Of a stretch of DNA of 48,605 bases, positions 23,560-37,513 are shown piece by piece. Under the pieces are notes generated by a model, which searched no databases, was not told the origin of the DNA, and worked only from the letters and a program-made list of their open reading frames with translations. The stretch is from Paraspadella gotoi. Taxonomy: Eukaryota > Animalia > Chaetognatha. Location of the stretch: positions 27,925,027 through 27,973,631 of the forward strand of contig CM119263.1 of NCBI GenBank assembly GCA_051294375.1. The letters run 5' to 3'. Positions within the stretch are counted from its first letter, which is position 1. The number at the start of each line of letters is the position of its first letter. The position numbers were made by a program, and so were the translations under genes.

Positions 23560-26300
23560 ATGATACGAAGGGTAACATCGTTCTCTTGCGAATTTATTTG
23601 GTTTTATCTTAGTAAGGGCCCTCTTTTCCCCCTTTGAAAAATAAATTCAATTCATTAGTTTCTCCTCAGAGAAACATTATCGGTTGGGATCTGTTTCCCA
23701 AGCGAGTTTTCGTATTATAACATTCTGAAAAACATTCTTAGCTCAGGCTTTTAGAGTTATTTTCACTCGATTCTATAAATTGCCTTGAATAATTGATCGC
23801 AGCATTAAGAGATCGATATGGTATAAAACGCCCGTTATTCATATTCTTTGAATATAATTCAATACCCTCGCCACTCTTTCACTCACTATATCTATACTTA
23901 ACAATACGAAACGACTCTTATGGAGTCAACAAAAACATGGGTTCGGCGACCCAAGTAAATAATGTTTAAAATGCTTAAGAGACTCGGGACAATGAAAATA
24001 ATTCTTTCAGGCAATAGGAAGCAAAAGATCGCCGCCCGCCAAAAGATTTATGAATAATATTGATAATCAAAATATTACCTTTTCTCATCAGGTCGGCAAC
24101 CCTGCAGTACTCATGTCAGAAGGTCTCGCTGCAGCTGGACACAGCACGCTAACCTATAGCAGTCGGACTTGCATCCGTGAAAAGAACGAAATCCTCTTCC
24201 TCCACAGCAGATCGTAGAACTCCGTTTTCGATCGTCTAACAGAATTTCACACATCGGTGGAATGCTTTCTCCTCTTCCTCGACCCCATTGAATCGAACCG
24301 CTACTCTTGCCATCGCTCTCAGCGGGCAAGAGCAGCGTCCCTGTAGTAACGCAGTACCTGAAAAACCACGCAAAGTTAGTCCAAGAACTCTTCAGTTGCT
24401 CTTTCGACGACGGAGCGTTCAACTGTTGCAAAAGACGTCGTTCTTATGGGAAGGAAGTCGATGAATTACTTTTTGAAACGAAAACACAATAGCCCAGGAT
24501 CGTTCTGTTTTCTTAAAGCCAAGCGAATACTTTTGGCGGCCTTGTACTTCAGATTGAAATAACTCATATCGCAAAAAATTGATCCATATGCAATAGAGCA
24601 AGTCGTGGTCATGCTGTAGATTGATTAAATCATCGACGGGAAAAACGCGCAATCAACCATTTTCGAGACGATATGATCGGAAACCTTCTGCGCATCTTTG
24701 TGGAGCCGACTTCAAGCCATGGCGACCACACATGAAACGATACATCGTTGCGGCGTAAAAACAGGTGAGGTCGCGACTCGCAGGCCGCAAGAGCAATCTG
24801 CCGAAAATAATCTGTTGGCGTCACAGCAGAAAACAGCTTCTTGCAACTCGCAGGCAGGCCAGAATATCATCCATCAATTTCATCTCTATACGCACGCGTC
24901 TCAATTCAATTTGTTACAAACGATAATCGATAGCAGACGATTCTTCATCTTGTTTCTCCAGTCGCAGGGTTCGTAACAATGTCGGCTGACGATATGAGAT
25001 CGACATGAATTTAGAATCTAAACGTTTTCTCAATTATTACCCGGCTTTCAAAAGTTTTTGTACATAATCTTTTAATTATTTTCAACGTTGGCAGGAGATT
25101 GTCTCGATATTATCAATCGTCGTGGAGGGATCATTAATTATGGGAAGTTCAACAGGGGGAAGATTCACCTTTCTATCATTTGTCTCCATTACCTGCCCAA
25201 AACACTCCTCTATAAGTCCAAAACAATTATCTTTATATTTTTCAAGATAGTAATTAGCCTTTCAAGGGCATATATTCCCCAATTCTTTTCTCTAATCTTT
25301 CCACATAAACTGAGACAAAAATTCATTCGGTCAGCCAAATTCATTCGAACTATTTTTCAATCAGCCTCCTATTTATCTCCAATAATCCGGGAAAAACAAG
25401 ATCCGGCGCAGAAGATTCGGCGGTGGTGAAAATTTCCACTCCATTCTCCATCACATCATCCGCTTGATGGGAACGTCAATCTGAACCCTTTGGGTATCAT
25501 CCACGTCAATCGGAGATGTCGAACGTTTACGTTGAATCTATCACCTTGTGAATTATTGTACACTTTGATCATCCGTTTTCCTCAAAATACCAACTTCTCC
25601 AATAACTGCCTAAGCTCTCAGAGACCTTCTTGTTTTATTCTTGTTCATAACTAAAAACTCTGTTAACCTTTTCTTTCCTCTCATAGGTAACGCCCAAGAC
25701 ATGAACCCATCCTTCGGCTCTATACCCACTAAAGACATGTGAAAGACAATCATCCAAAGTTGTGATCGCTAATCTCTTCTCAACCGGAGTGAGGCAAGCT
25801 GTTCGGTGTTTCACGTAATGGGAAGAATGTGATGTTTTGTTTTCCCATCTCGATCATTCGTAACTTCACTTTGGCTTCCCGTATCGATCCAAACATTTCA
25901 TTCGTTCTCCTTTGATTTCCAAAACACGAGTCACGTAATTCAATATAACAATCATTTATTTCCTCACATCACTTACCCAACAAATAGTTGGACCTTTCAT
26001 ATCCATACATAAGCGAAACATGTCAATTCACATTTGTTTATTTAATGTTATCCAATCAAACATATTCGGAACAGATATTTCACCTCCTATTGCCAACTAA
26101 TAATCTTTCTGGCCGTCGTTTCATAACCACTATATGATTTTAACTGATATTAATTTTAATCAATTTTAGACTTTCATTGTGTAAGAATCACATCCGATCG
26201 CTGCCCCGTAGTTCCCAGACCATTCAAAACAAATAACTACCGAAAAACGTTCTCTATTGTCTTATATTTCCTTACTCCAACATTTTCAACAACAAGATTA
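23560..26300 (-). mobile_element. Ty3/Gypsy LTR retrotransposon pol region (protease-RT-RNase H), heavily frameshifted, integrase not seen
   Basis: Minus-strand motifs occur in Gypsy order. Protease: LDTGA-like (~26200-26220). RT: (C)IDYR (~24920-24935), MDDILA, GLKSAP (24701-24718), F-VDDLI (~24627-24645) and the thumb motif PSSKEQLKS. RNase H: TDAS (24167-24178), SLKHFKHYLLG (23951-23982), ERVAR and N-AD-LSR-like (~23780-23810). Confidence 0.85.
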
Positions 26301-29300
26301 CACAGAATTTTCCCTCTTGATCGAGCCGATCTTTACTCATTTGCGTAATTTCGTATATGCCTTCAGTACTCAGAACCCCTCTTAAACCCTATATAAACCC
26401 TTTCTTAGTCAATCTCGAGTCAGAGTCATGTGGAAACAATTAGTCCTCAATATACGTCGCTTAATTTAATATGTTCATCCTTTAGCCGCTTTTATTTTCC
26501 CTTTCTTCTCCCGCCTCCCTTCTCTTTTCTTTTCCTCGTTTCGTTTCTTTTTCGCTTTCCAAAAGAAGAAGTAAAATTATTCGAGCCATTCTATAGCCCT
26601 AAAGAGAATGTTCTTTTCTGCCAACATTTTCTTACAACAAGCATCGTTTCTTAGGACTTTCATGCCATGTGATCTTCGTCAAAACAATTCCAGTACAACT
26701 TTTCTTCCGATTGTTTTTCTTTTCAGCCAATTCTGAGTTTTTTCTCTACCGCGATTTCTTTTGTAACACAATCGCAAAAGGAATTTCGATTTACATCCCT
26801 CTCATCCCTCACTATCCCTCGCTCTTTCCTCTGCAAACAAGCATCGGAAGACGAATCCTCACATTCCGAACACATTCCGCAACGAAAAAAAACCTTCGGC
26901 TCGGTCAGTTCCGCATCCCCAAAATACAAGTCGGACCAGACGATCATTCACGCAGAATTTCTACCACACAATGCATCTAACCCAACGAGCCTCCCTACAA
27001 ACGCTTATTACCATACTAGTATCATTCACGACCGCATACTCAAAGACGGCCGACCAATCAATCTCGATTTCAGCTCACAGTATCCCTCTATAAAAACTAT
27101 CATAAGCGACCTGAGACATCAAACATTCCCGCTCCCAGTTTCAGACAAGAGATAAATCACGAAAAACAGTCTAATGGCACCATGAATTCGGATTAAAATT
27201 TTGGGTATCGTCTACCTTCTTCTATGACGTGACGCTAAGACCTGGGACTCGCTCGACTCCCTGTCTGGGGGGACTAGCGGAAAGAGTAAGGGCGGAAAAA
27301 ACGGCACTCCAGCCAGAAATTTTCAAGATCAAAAATCTCACATTGGAGGGGTCGGGGGGGAGCGGCGGGGAGGCGGGAGGGCGGGGGAGGCGCGGACGGG
27401 GGGCGGGGGGGACGAGGAGGCAACATCCACTGCACAACGTACGCCGATCAGCATCGCGACGCACATGATTACGACAATGCAAAAACTAGCAACCAAGCAT
27501 CCGAACATTGCTTCTGCTATATCATCACCCAAAATTATTTCTTTTAATGTCTGCTCCTTTTCAAAAATATGATTCATTTTGTTAAGTGATACTCAATAAT
27601 GCTCTTTAGTAACTGGATAAAGTTAGTTTTTTATAATTTTATTCCGAATTCGGTCAAAACCGCCTCTAATTCACTTTTCCTCTTCTGTTGCGAGATGACG
27701 ATGTCTTCACCAGGGCGAGGATGCGCCGATCGATGGCGGCAGACCCAAAGTCGTCAAGCGTCCCAACCAGGATGAAGCATCGCGCTCGCAAGTGGATTGG
27801 CGCCCGGCGGCACCGACTGAGTAGCTCGGGAAACCGACTGCGGTCGCCCACGCCGTCGAGGAGCCGGGTGTCACGAGGCCGACATCCGGCCAGCTTAACC
27901 CGGCGTCATCCGCGTCGCCGCGGTTGCGATGAAGATGAGTAGCGCCCGTCGCGTCCTGCGTGGCGATTTGAATGAATTCATGAATAAGTGCGCTAGATGT
28001 CGGGTGCGCATTCTCGGTCAATGATCCGGCCCAAGTTGATCTGTCTGGGGGGGGGCTTATAATGAGATCTGTGGAAGCGCCGGTTCCCTCGGAAAATCAC
28101 TACTCGGCCCGGGCAACATTCCGCGTCCCCACATATTTCGGCTGTGATGACGAAGACAAACAAATTCTGGCTCGCATGAGTCGACTGCTGTTGCAACATC
28201 GTGCGGCCGTAGCATCGACGGCGGGCTGCAACATGCCACATGCGGCGGCGGCGCGGCATGTCGGCGGCAAAGGCGAGGAACGATAACTGCCTCATATTCC
28301 CATCGGGCGTAGATCTTTCGCCGGAAAGTCCGGCGTAGGAGGCACATAACCCATCACTGCCATCGACAGTCGTCAAACGACTTTTTCCTACTTATATTCA
28401 GCCTCCGCCTTCAAGTACGCATCTCTGTCTATCGACCGCGCCTCCTTTACAGATTAACATACAGCGAACGTCCAATCAATAAAGTGGTCCGCCGAACCTC
28501 CTGCCTCATCCTGGCGAAAACCCGGATGGAGAAGCATCGATTCCTCCCTCGTCGACCTTCGAAGAGCCCTCCTTGGCAAGAGCAAGTACGACAGTCATCC
28601 TCGCGGAGATTTTTCGTACGTCGCGGTGTCAATCAACTCCTTCAGCGTATCGCACAAATTTCCCGAAACAGCGAGACGCCGCGCACGAGCAGGTAGAGAA
28701 TTTCTCCGCTCATCCTACTTTCTTTTCCTATCGAGGCAGTGTCATAGGTTTGACTTCTCCCTCTTCCAGTCCGTGGCGTCGGCGCTCGGCGTCACAAGGA
28801 CGGAGGCACCGGACAAAAAAATACGGTCCACAAAATACTAGAATTAGACTGAATTCCGAAATCCGCGTATTTTTGTATCACACTCTCACCAAAGATCACC
28901 GGAAAGGAAAAAAAACCACCCTCCCGTGTCTGTACGAAAAAGCATCGTATCCTCGTCGCATTGTTCAGCAAGGATGAATCCTCCTCGTCATCAGAAGGTC
29001 GACCGGACTTATCATCACGGCTTTCAGTCTGAGCTTGGAAACTTCAAGGGATTCGATCCTCACCTACTCAAACACCTAAGTATTTTCTCTTAATCTCGTT
29101 TACTATACTCACGCGTTGGATATACTTTGATATTCTCTTATCAGAATCCCACGTGACGCTCTTGCCCATCTCCTCTGCATCATCCGGATCCTGTGTTCGC
29201 CCTCGCATTCTCTCCGTTTGCTATCTGAATTCAGTGTTGTACTTCTTTCTACCGTTTCTCTCTTTCATACTTGTTCGTCATAAAAGCGGTTGATGGTCTT

Positions 29301-29650
29301 CCTCAGAGACACCGCATCTCTTGTGGCCCCAGCCACGCCGTCCCTCGGCCGTCCCTATTTTGACTTCCCTCGGTGACCTCTGCCCATCACCACATCATTC
29401 TCCCTGCCACCAACTGCCTTTTTTCTCTCCTCTCCTCTTTTTTTGTTTCTTTCTCCTCTTTTCTCTCTCAGTGTCGATAATCTGATCTCCAGTCCCTTTT
29501 CTTCCGTCCCCGTTAGTGCACCTCGTGTTCGAATACGTCCCTATTTTCTCTACTCTTTGCGTGTGACGCCTTCCCTCTTCGTATCGGTGATCCTCCTCCT
29601 GTTCGTCTTTCCTTATTCCACCGATCTCATGTGCCGTGTACCATCTAGAT
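26300..29650 (-). mobile_element. Probable gag/leader region of the same Gypsy element
   Basis: This is non-repetitive, coding-like, indel-rich sequence directly upstream of the protease. It has weak gag-like fragments (FSGD ~28900, ATDWKREK ~28760) and a possible zinc-knuckle remnant ~26600-26650. No LTR pair was identified. Confidence 0.35.
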
Positions 29651-30219
29651 ATTTCTGAAAGAAAATCCCTGAGAACGAAAAGCAAAGTCGAAGTTAAATG
29701 TTTGATGAATTGAAAAATATAACTAACATCGGAGATTCATGGGTTTTATTGCTCCCTTTCCCCTCTCCACAGTGAGTTAACGAAGAAATTTACTTTTTTC
29801 TTTAAATCACCCTATTTTCCTCTGGATCTGTTTCTCGTTTTCTCTCCACTTATTGTAACTATTACATCGCCAATACAAATCAAATTCATTGTCATAAATC
29901 ACTGATAATTTAAAAACGTTTCCTTATATAAAGTCTCTTATACTTTCAAACCAAATAAAACATGCGATCGGCTGCCTTTATTTCAATAAAAACCTCTCAG
30001 TATCTTTGTTATTCCCATATTTCTTTATACTTTTCGAGCTAGAATCGATGTGAATTATTTCTAGTGATTCATCATTATGATAATTAATATTAAACTATCC
30101 AAATAAGAAACCAAAAACATACGAAATACAAATGATAGAACACATATATTACCAAAAAATATTATAATAATAACTTTAAATAAAACCATATAAATAAAAC
30201 AAAACTGAAATACATCCTG

Positions 30220-32400
30220 TCAATGTTGTTTCGGCCTCACATGATTAACATCGTATTCACCTTGTTCGATCGAAATCGGTTTCCTTAGATGAACCTTTCT
30301 CAGATGGAAAGGCACCATTCTTCTTATAAACCTCTCACTTTGATCCACATTAATGCGGAATCTTTCCATAACTCGATGCATTGCGACCGTTTCATCGATG
30401 TAAATCAAACAGGTACGTTGGTGTACCGGCGTGGCGGAGATCAAGCGCCAGCCAAGAGGCGAACGCACTTTGTCATCCCAGTAATTTTCCAACATCTGAG
30501 GTTTAGACTTCTCTCAAAGTCTACCCTTTACTGTATCTCAGGGGTCGTCTAAATCTGTCGCGTGTACGCACACCCTCCTGGATGTGCGGGAGCTATACTG
30601 CAGCTGCTCCCTGCGTACCTTGGCTGTATTCTCACAACGCTGGATGTTTTTCTTCTTCCTCTTTTTTCAAATTTTTGTTCAATATTTGGAAAGCTCTGCT
30701 CTGTTGGCCAGTTTGGCTCGCTGTCGTAGGTTGATCTCTCAACAATTTGTTCTTCATTCGTTTATTCTTTCTAAGGTTTGCACCTTTCGTTTTGTTCGTT
30801 GTTGTCGCCTGCAAACGCATTTGAATGATAATCTGTTATCTACTTAAGTTTGCCATCCCAAATTGTTCGATAAACTATCTTTAAAGTTCCGAATGAAACC
30901 AGTTTCTGCTTCGTTTCCCGTTGCTCTTGCTCTTTATTACTCTGACATCTGTCAAATGCTCTCGTCCTGAATTTGCTCGATTCCGTAGGGGCCTCATGAC
31001 TCTCCAATGTTCCCAAACTCTATTTTCCTCCACGTTGTTTTTAGAGTGGGTCCCATGATCTTACTTCGTTCCACTCCGAGCTTTATGTACATCCACTGGT
31101 CTGTTTGTCAATGCTATAATCTTGCCAAAGAAGTTAATACCACTCGGATACCGTCCTATGCGAATGTGGACTCATTTTTCGGAATGATGCACTGTCTCAT
31201 TCCCCTCAGTGAAAAATTCATCGTTCAGTGAATTCTTCTAACCACCTACTTTCTCGCTTCGCAGTAAGGGATCGAGAAAACACATAAAGATCCCTCATCG
31301 TCTTTTTGGAGGAGAACGCCTGTTAGGCTCCTCCCTCGTTATACCATCCTAGAATAAAGCAGTAGTTGCACGAGTGTCCTTTCACCATAACGGCCATCGA
31401 GTGACGATTCATTGCGCCGCTATAATCGGTCACTGGCTCTTTAATTTCTACTGGATAGTTCGTGAAGTGTTCGCGCTGGAAGCGGATGAACCCACTCGGT
31501 CTTCGACATGCGCTCGACGTAACACACAACGCGCCTGTCGGGTCTCGCTGATCATTGCTCTCTAACGGGATCATACCGCTACCGTTTCTCTTCGTCTGTT
31601 TGGGTCGCTTCGGTTATCGGTTATCCCCCGCTTACCCAGGTGCGTGTGCATTTGCTCCCAAATGTGAGCACTAGGTCAGCATCTTCATCTACCTCCACTC
31701 TCAGCTCAAACAGCGCGGACCCTCGAATTCCCCAACCCATTCTCTCGTGCTCGTATCCTTCTTATTGGCAGGCTCGTCATTGCCATTTTTGATTTATATT
31801 TCTCCAATTACGGGCATTTCATCTAATCATCCTTTTGAGCGCCGCACTCAGGTGGCGGCTTGAATCTCGATAAAATTTCGCTCTGGAGACGCGCTTCCCC
31901 CGAGATTCTTGCTGTCCTCTCATTAAACCCCCTGTCAGGAAAATCTTGTTTCAAAGAGAGGATTGGCACTCTCAGACTATTAGAATTCATGCACGCGTGC
32001 GCACTGTCAATTGGCCGCTCGTATAATGATCTTCGCGATTATTCTATGACTCGAGACGCAGGGGCCGTCCAACCACCACACCTTTTTACGAACGCTTTTT
32101 TTTCCGATTTCTAGTCCGGGTCGCTGCCCTTAATTCACTTCCGCGGACGGGCCCATTCGCTATATTGTCCCACGTAGGAGAGCAATTTTGCGTCTCAATA
32201 CTAGTGAGCTCTGCTCGCCTCCCTCGTCGCATGAAAATAGCCTCCTCTTTTTCTAAGGTATACCCAGAGCCTTCAGGTGCAGCATAGTCCCCTGATCTGC
32301 TTTCGTCCTGACGTACAACTCCTGCGGCTGATCTAGCCCTGTTGCTTCCTTCTACTCTAGTTCTGTTGATTCCTCTTGTGGCGCATCCTCCATCGAGGCT
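30220..32400 (-). mobile_element. Tx1/L1-clade LINE ORF2 fragment (endonuclease-to-RT linker), frameshifted
   Basis: KTKGANLR....DQPT (ORF 30632-30820) matches the Tx1/L1 GAxxRS...ExPT linker pattern. LRKPISIEQ (ORF 30220-30495) matches the LxxPIxxxE motif that precedes RT. The left end is truncated before the RT core and the right boundary is approximate. Confidence 0.55.
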
Positions 32401-33049
32401 CGGGTCATGGCCTCTCAACTTGTCGCGCCCTTCCTCCTCCCGTAAAGCTAATCTCAACTTATATACTCATAATTTCGGGTAATCTCATAATTCATTCGGT
32501 CGAGTCGCCTTAAGAAGGGTGTTTCATAATCGTATATCGAATTATTCATATTTACGTTTCGACTACTTCTCGCCCTTATTAACTCCCAAAAATAAAGCCA
32601 AAAATCACCAGTGAATAGAATCAAAGATAACGGAACAATATAACCTCCATACGATTCCCGGATAAGACGACTGATACAATTTCATCATTCTTTTCCCTAT
32701 CTAATGGGTGCCGGAAAATGTATCCGTCCGTTCGATATTGATCTCTGTCGGTTTCGTTATTTATCCCGTTACAGTATTACAGTTTATCCACTTGTCATTG
32801 CTAAGTATAAGTAAATTTGATATTAATTAAAATTTCGTTATTTAACAATAAAAATATAAAACAATAATATCATTATAGAAAATGCATCGAGGAATTATTA
32901 GTGAAGATTATACTTCACCTTCTACCCCACTCTTCAGTCTTCTCCTTTTATACATACCCCTATGTAGACAACAATTAAACCTTTGGTCTGGGGTGTTAGA
33001 AGTGAAGAAAGACGGTCATACGCCCTGTGGGCCAGTACCTCAACGCCAC

Positions 33050-34700
33050 CTAATTTGCGCCGGAAAGATTTAATTGGAGTAAACAGGCCCGAAGCAAGCT
33101 CTGTTCCGCCACCCCTCCGTGCCCCCCGCGGGAAAAGGATTGGTAAGAGTGATAGATACAATGATAGTTATATTTTTAAATCCCCCCAGCCAGACATTAT
33201 CGAGCCAGAACCTCCAATAAAACAAACCCCCACAACAAAGGGTACTTACAAACGCCGACAGCGGTATGGGGGGGGACAGGAAAAACCCCAAAGAGAGGCC
33301 AAAAGAATGTAAAAAAGCGCGCGATGCAGCGCTTGCCACTCATGTCGGTTTAAGCGTGACCCTTTACCCCCAGATATTGTTGATAGAGGATAGCTATTTC
33401 ATATTTCGATCGATCTGACTATGTTTTATCGGTATACTGAATTAGTAGATGGAGTTGAGTTTTAAATTATTCTATTTGGATAAATGTCTTAACTTTGACG
33501 GAGCTAAAAATATATTATGGACTACAATTTCTTGCCTCTCTCTCTCGTCGCTACTTTGTTTTTGTTACATTTTTAATATTCTTTGAACTACAAATAATCA
33601 TATATGTAATTACATTGAGAGAAATATAAGAGAGAGATGACCTAACCTTTACAATTTAAGACAAATTACGTGAACACTCAAAAAATGAAGGAAGGCTGCC
33701 AAATCTTAGTAAAAATAAAAATAAAGGTTAATACGTAAAACGAAACCCATTCTTGACAACCTATTACTTGTCTGAATGCCAAATTTAATATACAACAAAG
33801 AAGATTGGCTTCTCTTTCCATAGAAAGTCCACCCCAATCAACCTACGGATCACACAAATAATAATGATTCCGAGATATTCTGATAAGAGTCTAAATTAAT
33901 CTCTTGAAAAGAACTAAAAAATATCCTCCCATGTTACAACTTTGACGATCTGAAGATGCCACGTTGGCCAGGAATTCGATAAGAATCTTAAGTGCGAATC
34001 ATCAAAATCACGTGGCACCATCAGAAATCAGCTGTTTCACTGGGCACTTCGGAATTCTGTACTATAAGTAGAGGCTAGAAACAAAAAGAGAGAGCCTAAA
34101 ATGTCGTGTCGATCCGCTAGAACTTCCACAACCCCACCAAACGGGTCCGAGCCATTTTCGATCCATGTCTAATAATAAACGAGACAAAAAAGAGCAACGG
34201 GCCGAAGAAAAAAGATAGAAGACGCTTGGATTTCCTTCGAAATATTAAAGATAGTTATTTCCGCTAACATATACTGCCCACCAATTGGCACACTTAGATA
34301 GAATACGAAATTTCAATTATCAAATGCAGAACTAAATATTGCCCAAGGGCGACAAACAACAACAACAACGAAACAGGTGCCAACCCTTAGAATCCTTGAA
34401 CATTTGGCACTCCAACCTACGACCACGGCCGAGCCACAATGCCCCCAACCCAAGCGCAAGCTCCATATTGAAAAAAAAATTGCAAAGGAAAAAGTAGCTA
34501 TACCCACTTGAAGGCACGATTAAAACATCGAGAAATAGAGAAAAGAGACCAAAGGTAATCCTTACCCGTCAATGCGGACGCAGAGGCCAACTCATTGAAA
34601 ACCCTCGCAGAGTTGATGAGGCGAATCGACGCGCATCCTCCCCTCATGCAGACCAAAACTAGATAGAAGACAAGGTTGAAGGAGGAAATGGGAGGAAAAA
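33050..34700 (+). mobile_element. Second, inverted copy of the Tx1/L1-like LINE ORF2 fragment
   Basis: It has a PDII-E endonuclease-like motif (~33190), a GDYN-like motif (~33520) and GAN-LR...QPT...IEKKIAKEK (34375-34495). Positions 34320-34500 align by eye with the reverse complement of ~30650-30830. Confidence 0.5.
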
Positions 34701-34944
34701 TGTAAAGTTAATTATTAAACTAATCGGTTAAGTATGAGATATAAAACTTCACCAGGTCTTAGTTTGTTAATTGCACGCTCTTCAGGTTTCCGTGCTCAAG
34801 GCCGAAGCAGGAGGGCATTGGACTGCACCACCCTTAAGAAGTTTCTGAAACCTATTCAAAAATAACTATCACTACGTTATTGATGATCCTTGGTCTGGTT
34901 GAAATTTAAGTTTTATGGGAAATGAGAACTTAGACTAATTTTTC

Positions 34945-35705
34945 TACATATTATAAAATTGGGTTACAACAAATATACAAAATTACCCATTCATTTAATA
35001 AAATAGCATTTAGCCCTGACCATCTGTATATATCTTATCAGTTAGCCGTGGGTTACTGACTCTGTGCGCGTATATTGTCCGATTCCGTGAGCTCTAGCGA
35101 ACTTTTCGGAAACAGGCGCTCTCCGCCCTTTTGATATTGTACAGTTCGTTCACAGCTATAGGCCCAAGATTCGTATGCAGTACTAGCAAAATGCATTTTT
35201 AACGTCTGTGCCTCGAAATCGTCACAGCTGTACATGAAATAGGCAGTATGATCTCCCCCACTAGAACCTTGACCGTGTCACTCTTAATCTCTAATAAGCA
35301 ATACTAGAGGGCGGTACAAGGGTGAGACCTTTTTAATCTTAATCCTAGCTTCTCTATGAATTCCAAGTTGGACGAGTACCCGTTTCCATAACGTGCTGCG
35401 GCCGATAGAAATGTCCATCTTATACACGATAATCACCCTATAGTTCCGTGAAGCGCGCAGAGTTCGAGATACGTTCTCGCTGAGCGTCTTTTCAGCCGCC
35501 GTATCTCTGTCATCCCTTCTCAATATCCTTTTGTTGGCTCAGGATAATCGTCTGGCATGCAGCGGAGGGATAGAGGTTGGTGTTATGGGAATGGTTGGTA
35601 GCGATTTAGGAATAATAGGACGAGTGAGAGTGAAATAATTTTGTGGCATTCCTTTGTTAGATATAACATGCTTTCATTTATAAGTATAAATCAATAAGGT
35701 TTAGT
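34945..35705. repeat. Direct, indel-rich duplicate of ~18130-18780
   Basis: The anchors CCCTGACCATCT, ATGAATTCCAAGT and AATGTCCATC are shared in the same order. It ends at a 25-N gap. Confidence 0.8.
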
Positions 35706-35730
35706 NNNNNNNNNNNNNNNNNNNNNNNNN

Positions 35731-35879
35731 ATTTATTAAATGAATGGGTAATTTTTATATTTGTTGTACCAATTTTATATAATAGTTTATCCCATAAAAC
35801 TTAAAATTTCAAAACGAGTTATTTTTGGCTAAAAAAGACATCAAAAGCAAGGTGAGAAAAATATAAAGGACGATTATTA

Positions 35880-35960
<81 letters not shown>

Positions 35961-36788
35961 AAATTTTCCGCCTCAAAAGGGAAGAAGATAAAAATGATCA
36001 TCTCTCGGAATCGAAGGTCGTTGGAGACATTAAGAGAGACGACGGGCGGAGAGAGAGAGAAAGAGGCCGGTTTGCCGTTGAGAATGCCGGAATGCCGGTG
36101 AGAATGCCGAGAACGGAATGCCAGGAAAAAGAACGGAAGGCCGAGAGACGGATTGAATGGACGGAAAAAGGAAAAAGATCTCGAGCTNNNNNNNNNNNNN
36201 NNNNNNNNNNNNNNNNNNNNNNNNNNNNNNNNNNNNNNNNNNNNNNNNNNNNNNNNNNNNNNNNNNNNNNNNNNNNNNNNNNNNNNNNNNNNNNNNNNNN
36301 NNNNNNNNNNNNNNNNNNNNNNNNNNNNNNNNNNNNNNNNNNNNNNNNNNNNNNNNNNNNNNNNNNNNNNNNNNNNNNNNNNNNNNNNNNNNNNNNNAGG
36401 AAAGAAAATCTCTGTTCCTCTTTGATTCTCTAGGGATTTAGAGTGGGGAAAGAGGACAGAAGGATTTGAAGAGAGAGGGAAGGGAAGGGGAAAGAGTAAA
36501 GGGGAAAGAGAAGAAAAGAGAAGAAAAGAGAAAAAGGAGAGGGAGAGGGGGAAGATAAAACGTTAAGAAGAGAGGGAAAAGAGAAGAAAAAAGGATGCAG
36601 TAACGATGACTGAAAATCCGTTGTCAAAGGTTATCAGAATAATAGAATAATCACAAATTCTATGACAACAATTTTCACGGTTTCCCTCAGATTTTTTAAA
36701 AAATCGGATTCGATTTTAATTCTTTTTTTTTTACTCGAATAATAAAATCTTCGTTGGATTTTGACGCGAATCGACGCGGGCGCGAACC
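35731..36788. repeat. Inverted duplicate of ~17165-18185
   Basis: For example CTAGAGAATCAAAGAGGAACAGA at ~17581 is the reverse complement of ~36410-36433, and AGCTCGAGATCT at ~17737 matches ~36176-36187. It starts at a 25-N gap. Confidence 0.92.
35880..35958. repeat. (GAC)n microsatellite
   Basis: Perfect trinucleotide run. Confidence 0.97.
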
Positions 36789-37482
36789 NNNNNNNNNNNN
36801 NNNNNNNNNNNNNNNNNNNNNNNNNNNNNNNNNNNNNNNNNNNNNNNNNNNNNNNNNNNNNNNNNNNNNNNNNNNNNNNNNNNNNNNNNNNNNNNNNNNN
36901 NNNNNNNNNNNNNNNNNNNNNNNNNNNNNNNNNNNNNNNNNNNNNNNNNNNNNNNNNNNNNNNNNNNNNNNNNNNNNNNNNNNNNNNNNNNNNNNNNNNN
37001 NNNNNNNNNNNNNNNNNNNNNNNNNNNNNNNNNNNNNNNNNNNNNNNNNNNNNNNNNNNNNNNNNNNNNNNNNNNNNNNNNNNNNNNNNNNNNNNNNNNN
37101 NNNNNNNNNNNNNNNNNNNNNNNNNNNNNNNNNNNNNNNNNNNNNNNNNNNNNNNNNNNNNNNNNNNNNNNNNNNNNNNNNNNNNNNNNNNNNNNNNNNN
37201 NNNNNNNNNNNNNNNNNNNNNNNNNNNNNNNNNNNNNNNNNNNNNNNNNNNNNNNNNNNNNNNNNNNNNNNNNNNNNNNNNNNNNNNNNNNNNNNNNNNN
37301 NNNNNNNNNNNNNNNNNNNNNNNNNNNNNNNNNNNNNNNNNNNNNNNNNNNNNNNNNNNNNNNNNNNNNNNNNNNNNNNNNNNNNNNNNNNNNNNNNNNN
37401 NNNNNNNNNNNNNNNNNNNNNNNNNNNNNNNNNNNNNNNNNNNNNNNNNNNNNNNNNNNNNNNNNNNNNNNNNNNNNNNNNN

Positions 37483-37513
<31 letters not shown>

